In this document: positions 7,740-10,866 of the stretch, in pieces | Layout: each line of letters starts with the position of its first letter | How positions within the stretch are numbered: position 1 is the stretch's first letter | Source of the DNA: Chlamydiota bacterium | Lineage (GTDB): Bacteria; Chlamydiota; Chlamydiia; Chlamydiales; SM23-39 | Reading direction: 5' to 3' | Length of the DNA stretch: 10,866 bases | Assembly: GCA_038534095.1 (NCBI GenBank) | Contig: JBCAXK010000048.1 | Span: 1 to 10,866 of the forward strand | Notes under the pieces: model-generated | What the model saw: only the letters and a program-made list of their open reading frames with translations | The model's database searches: none | Told to the model about the DNA's origin: nothing | Translations under genes and position numbers: made by a program

Positions 7740-9014
7740 ATCTGGCTTGCGATTCTGGTCACCTGCATCTTTCTATTGGGCTACTGTGCGATCATTTTTG
7801 AGGGGAGTCTTAAGATCAATAAAACGGCCAGCGCATTGCTGATGGCCAGCGTATTATGGAGCCTTTTTTTTCTCTATGGACCTCTCACCACTGCAAAAGT
7901 TACCGAAGAGCTGAGTCATTACTTAGGAGAGGTTGGTCAGATCATATTTTTCCTTCTCGGAGCAATGACCCTTGTGGAGTTGATCGATGCTCACCGGGGT
8001 TTTACGATCATCACAGATCTCATTCGGACAAGAAAAAAACAGAAGATCCTTTGGCTTGTTGGTTTCATGACCTTTTTCCTCTCCTCATTGCTCGACAACC
8101 TAACCACCACGATTGTTATGACCTCGCTCCTCAGAAAACTTGTTCGAGAGAAAAAAGAGCGCTGGCTTCTGGGGGCTAGTGTAGTGGTTGCTGCTAACGC
8201 AGGGGGAGCTTGGACGCCCATTGGAGATGTGACAACAACCATGTTATGGATTGGCCATCAGGTAACAACATGGTTTATTATGAAAACCCTATTTTTCCCC
8301 AGTCTTGTCTGTTTGTTGATCTCCTTAACCGTTTTAGGGAAGGAGCTGAAGGGTAGTTACGAGGTTTTGCTAGAGAAAGAGGGGGAGATGATAGAGCCGG
8401 GCGCGTATCCCATCTTTTTTTTGGGCCTAATAGCGCTCTTGTTTGTTCCCCTTGCTAAGGAGTGGATCGGACTCCCTCCATTTATGGGCATTTTACTAGG
8501 CCTTGGAGCGCTATGGCTCGTTACGGATCTTGTTCACAAGCAAGATGAAAAAAGGAGTTACTTGCAAGTTCCACATATTTTAACCAGAATCGATACATCT
8601 GGCGTGCTTTTTTTTCTAGGGATTTTACTAGCGATCAATGCCTTAGAAATCATGGGCCTTTTAGCTCTCTTAGCCTCTTATTTTCAAGCGCACTTACCGA
8701 GTTTTTCGTTTGTTGCTCTTGTGATGGGGTTTCTTTCTTCCATCATCGATAACGTGCCTTTAGTTGCGGCTACTATGGGCATGTACCCTTTAGCGCAGTA
8801 TCCAACGAACGATGTTCTGTGGGCGATGATTGCTTATACAGCAGGTACTGGAGGAAGTCTTCTGCTCATCGGTTCAGCAGCGGGAGTTGCTTGGATGGGA
8901 ATAGAAAAAGTCGATTTTCTTTGGTATTTTAAGAAAGTTTCTTGGGGGGCTTTGCTGGGATATTTAGGGGGTTTTGGAACGTATTTGTTTCTCCGCTTTG
9001 TTGGAATCGCGTGA
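7740..9014 (+). CDS. nhaD: NhaD-family Na+/H+ antiporter
   Basis: Motifs GY.AIIFE...KINKTASALL, FFLLGAMTLVELID, LDNLTTTIV, AANAGGAWTPIGDVTTTMLW, SSIIDNVPLVAA and GTGGSLLLIGSAAGVA. The frame extends upstream of the TTG at 7776 to complete helix 1; the proposed start is ATC 7740 after the SD-like AAGGGGG. Confidence 0.93.
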   Translation: MWLAILVTCIFLLGYCAIIFEGSLKINKTASALLMASVLWSLFFLYGPLTTAKVTEELSHYLGEVGQIIFFLLGAMTLVELIDAHRGFTIITDLIRTRKKQKILWLVGFMTFFLSSLLDNLTTTIVMTSLLRKLVREKKERWLLGASVVVAANAGGAWTPIGDVTTTMLWIGHQVTTWFIMKTLFFPSLVCLLISLTVLGKELKGSYEVLLEKEGEMIEPGAYPIFFLGLIALLFVPLAKEWIGLPPFMGILLGLGALWLVTDLVHKQDEKRSYLQVPHILTRIDTSGVLFFLGILLAINALEIMGLLALLASYFQAHLPSFSFVALVMGFLSSIIDNVPLVAATMGMYPLAQYPTNDVLWAMIAYTAGTGGSLLLIGSAAGVAWMGIEKVDFLWYFKKVSWGALLGYLGGFGTYLFLRFVGIA

Positions 9015-9027
9015 GAAACGCTGTATG

Positions 9028-9062
9028 AAAAAGGCAGCCTCTTTGAAGAAGCTGCCTTTTTT
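9028..9062. terminator. Bidirectional rho-independent terminator between nhaD and the convergent porin gene
   Basis: AAAAAGGCAGC-ctctttgaagaa-GCTGCCTTTTTT: GC-rich stem flanked by an A tract and a T tract. Confidence 0.9.
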
Positions 9063-9077
9063 GGTAAGTGCTTTGCG

Positions 9078-10178
9078 TTAAAAATCAAACATCACTCGGA
9101 GAGAGATACCACTTAAATTGAGATCTCCTCGAGATACGGTATCGTTGACAAACGTTCCAGCGGGATTGTTGCTAAACAGTTTTCGTATCTGGTTTTGGTC
9201 ATACCAAGTATGGAATTCCCATAAAGCTTGTAGCCTTACGTAGTTTTGCATATCGTTGAAATGCGTTCCCCAAGCAACTCCAACTTGTAGTTCCAAGTTT
9301 GAGCTATTTCGGTAAAAGCTGCTATCAAAGGCGTAGCTTGCTGTTTCAAACGGAAGATTCTCTGAAACATCGAACTTTGAATAGAGTAGGGAAGTGCTTG
9401 AGTTGGCAAGCAATTGAAATCCCGATCCCATTGACCATTCAGAGTTGACGCCCATCCGGGTTCCAACGCCCCAAAAATTGTTACGATCTACGCGAAATTT
9501 TGTATCGAAACTTCCAGCATATCTTGCGACATAGTTTTGATCGATCCAGGCCGCTCTAAGTCCAAAAAATGGGGATAAAACAACGTACCGGCTCACATGA
9601 AAAGGCTTGCCTAAAGCGATGTCAAGCACATTCAATTTCATTTCCCACCTTTGCGAAGCGTCAGTATCATCAAGGGTAGGGGCTTGCGTAGGAATCCACT
9701 GAGGGATAATCAAACCAGTTCTTTCGGTTGTTCCGTTCACATCTTGATTGGTGTGAAACCACATCCATTGTACATCAAGGTTCCACGCATCACGACTTAA
9801 GACGCATCCAAGGCCAATGCGCGCTCCATAATCCCAATCATAACTATTGTGATCAGATGAAAAGCTCAGCACCTTTCCCCCTGAAAGCGATGATCCGATA
9901 ACGTTGGAAGCGTTGGTGTCAACAATTCCGTACACTAGTCCATCTTGCATGGGTTGCATGGCAAGAAAATCTCCATAAAAATAAAAATCGTTAGGGCAAG
10001 CTAGATTCATATCTTTTGGATAAAGAAAAGCAAAGGGGCCAGGTTTAGGCTCTTCACAACAAATGTTTTTGGGAGCAGGATCGCAGGGTCCTTGCGGCAT
10101 TGCGTAGGCACAGGTGGTGGCTAGCAAGGACAATGCACAGGATGCGATCGCGTATCTCCACGACAAATTTTTAGTCAT
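9078..10178 (-). CDS. MOMP-like / Lpg1974-family beta-barrel outer-membrane porin
   Basis: Signal peptide ending CAYA; motifs FYFYGDFL, WDYGARIGLG, DAWNL...W, LSPFFGLRAAWIDQ, FWGVGTRMG and GDLNLSG...FDF with terminal Phe. GGAGA lies 6 nt upstream of ATG 10178. Confidence 0.88.
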   Translation of the reverse strand: MTKNLSWRYAIASCALSLLATTCAYAMPQGPCDPAPKNICCEEPKPGPFAFLYPKDMNLACPNDFYFYGDFLAMQPMQDGLVYGIVDTNASNVIGSSLSGGKVLSFSSDHNSYDWDYGARIGLGCVLSRDAWNLDVQWMWFHTNQDVNGTTERTGLIIPQWIPTQAPTLDDTDASQRWEMKLNVLDIALGKPFHVSRYVVLSPFFGLRAAWIDQNYVARYAGSFDTKFRVDRNNFWGVGTRMGVNSEWSMGSGFQLLANSSTSLLYSKFDVSENLPFETASYAFDSSFYRNSSNLELQVGVAWGTHFNDMQNYVRLQALWEFHTWYDQNQIRKLFSNNPAGTFVNDTVSRGDLNLSGISLRVMFDF

Positions 10179-10486
10179 ATACAATCTCCGAGTTTACTTC
10201 AGTTAAATAGCTAGCTTTAGCCTTGTGTAAACAAGCAAAATATACGGTCACAAACCATATCGCTATTTCATCTCGACAATAAGTAGTTCAATTTTAAATT
10301 GGCAATAATTTTTTTTATGAAAGAGTTTGTTCCTGGAAAAAACAGCTAACAAGAGTAGCTTATGATAGAACAATGCGATATGAGCAAAGCGGCAAATCAG
10401 TGCGTACAAAAACGACACATTTTTCCGATAAATCGTCAAAAGAGTGCAGAGAAACAAACGCCCGTTTCTCCCTGCTTCCCCAGGGG

Positions 10487-10550
10487 AAAAGAGAAAAAAA
10501 GAAAAAAAATTAGCAGAGGTGTTGCAAGTAATTCAGATCTCTAGTAGATT
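10487..10550 (+). promoter_or_regulatory. Putative rRNA operon promoter with upstream A-tracts (UP-element-like)
   Basis: TTGCAA (10522-10527), 17-nt spacer, TAGATT (10545-10550); A-tracts at 10487-10509; about 185 nt upstream of the 16S gene. Confidence 0.65.
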
Positions 10551-10595
10551 GTTAGTATCTTTTAAACGCAAAGTGACTGCGAGACAAAAGGTAAA

Positions 10596-10628
10596 GACAA
10601 CGAAGATTGTCGGTCGATATTTAACAAT
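10596..10628 (+). promoter_or_regulatory. rRNA leader antitermination signals (boxB-like hairpin and boxA-like sequence)
   Basis: Hairpin GACAA-cgaaga-TTGTC (10596-10611) followed by CGATATTTAACAAT (10615-10628), resembling boxA TGCTCTTTAACAAT. Confidence 0.5.
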
Positions 10629-10643
10629 AGAATAAGAACGCTA

Positions 10644-10698
10644 TGCAAATCTTCTTCATGAAGATTTGTGCGGACAAGAAATTAACATTTCTTGTTTG
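10644..10698 (+). other. Two adjacent stem-loops in the pre-rRNA leader
   Basis: CAAATCTTC-ttcat-GAAGATTTG (10646-10668) and ACAAGAAAT-taac-ATTTCTTGT (10674-10695). Both extend by G-U pairs only as plus-strand RNA. Confidence 0.7.
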
Positions 10699-10778
10699 TC
10701 AACGTACAAAATAATAATATATAGATCAAATTCTCAGTAAAAAAATTTGATATATATATTATTATTTTGTACGTTGAC
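10698..10778. repeat. 35-bp inverted repeat (34/35 matches) with an 11-nt spacer, overlapping the 16S 5' end
   Basis: Left arm 10698-10732 GTCAACGTACAAAATAATAATATATAGATCAAATT; right arm 10744-10778 AATTTGATATATATATTATTATTTTGTACGTTGAC; spacer CTCAGTAAAAA. Confidence 0.97.
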
Positions 10779-10866
10779 GGCGTGGATGAGGCATGCAAGT
10801 CGTACGAAATAGTAGTAATGCTATTTAGTGGCGGAAGGGTTAGTAATACATGAATAATCTGCCTTT
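10735..10866 (+). rRNA. rrs: 16S ribosomal RNA, 5' fragment (runs off the window); first ~40 nt aberrant
   Basis: CGGCGTGGATGAGGCATGCAAGTCG...TTAGTGGCGGAAGGGTTAGTAATACAT..ATAATCTGCC is the chlamydial 16S 5' region, with an exact Chlamydiales signature at 10778-10794 and a V1 hairpin at 10807-10826. The start is estimated from AATTTGAT at 10744. Confidence 0.95.

Noticed and set aside
774..9466. Short antisense or out-of-frame ORFs overlapping the main genes (e.g. 774-974, 4991-5200, 5594-5875, 7535-7768, 7856-8179, 8834-9088)
   Set aside because: They are shadow ORFs of well-supported genes with no independent evidence.
10465..10500. Palindrome TTCCCC-A-GGGGAA with an adjacent A-tract, as a terminator
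   Set aside because: The tract is on the wrong side to give a 3' U-run on either strand; the A-tracts fit a promoter upstream element better.
10263..10635. Three short ORFs of 60-64 aa in the porin-rRNA intergenic region
   Set aside because: They are low-complexity, overlap the rRNA promoter and leader, and have no recognisable motifs.
10668..10672. GTGCG after a hairpin, resembling a group II intron 5' end
   Set aside because: No intron domain I sequence follows; the context is an rRNA leader.
10698..10778. Inverted repeat as a MITE or protelomerase site
   Set aside because: There is no target-site duplication, it has an asymmetric spacer, and the arms and spacer are explained by 16S- and leader-derived sequence.
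10557..10826. Series of plus-strand hairpins with G-U pairs, a long stem and a GNRA loop, suggesting a novel ncRNA or retron msr-msd
   Set aside because: The downstream part is 16S rRNA (V1 hairpin at 10807-10826) and the upstream part is its leader. There are no a1/a2 repeats and no reverse transcriptase gene in the window.
10850..10866. ATG preceded by GGAAGGG as the start of a gene
   Set aside because: It lies inside conserved 16S rRNA sequence.

Overview
This window looks like chromosomal DNA from a Chlamydiota (environmental Chlamydia-like) bacterium: it ends in a 16S rRNA gene carrying the Chlamydiales signature CGGCGTGGATGAGGCAT, and its gene content is typically chlamydial. In order it holds: the 3' end of a 31-aa tandem-repeat protein; lpxK; a ~96% AT spacer; a 667-aa probable secreted effector (hydrophobic N-terminus plus eukaryote-like USP deubiquitinase domain); a MycE/TylE-like SAM-dependent O-methyltransferase (minus strand); a 2-oxoacid dehydrogenase E2; kdsD; a small membrane protein (minus strand); nhaD; a bidirectional terminator; a MOMP-like/Lpg1974-family porin (minus strand); and a divergent rRNA promoter, leader and 16S 5' end. 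Three things stand out. (1) The 16S 5' end sits in a 35-bp near-perfect inverted repeat: the canonical start CTGAGAATTTGATCT is on the opposite strand and the helix-1/27F region is overwritten, as a template-switch inversion would produce (real or artefact). (2) The atypical membrane-anchored USP effector lies in a variable slot of the lpxK-sucB-kdsD block. (3) nhaD appears to start at a non-canonical ATC codon. All calls come from reading motifs by eye; no searches were run.
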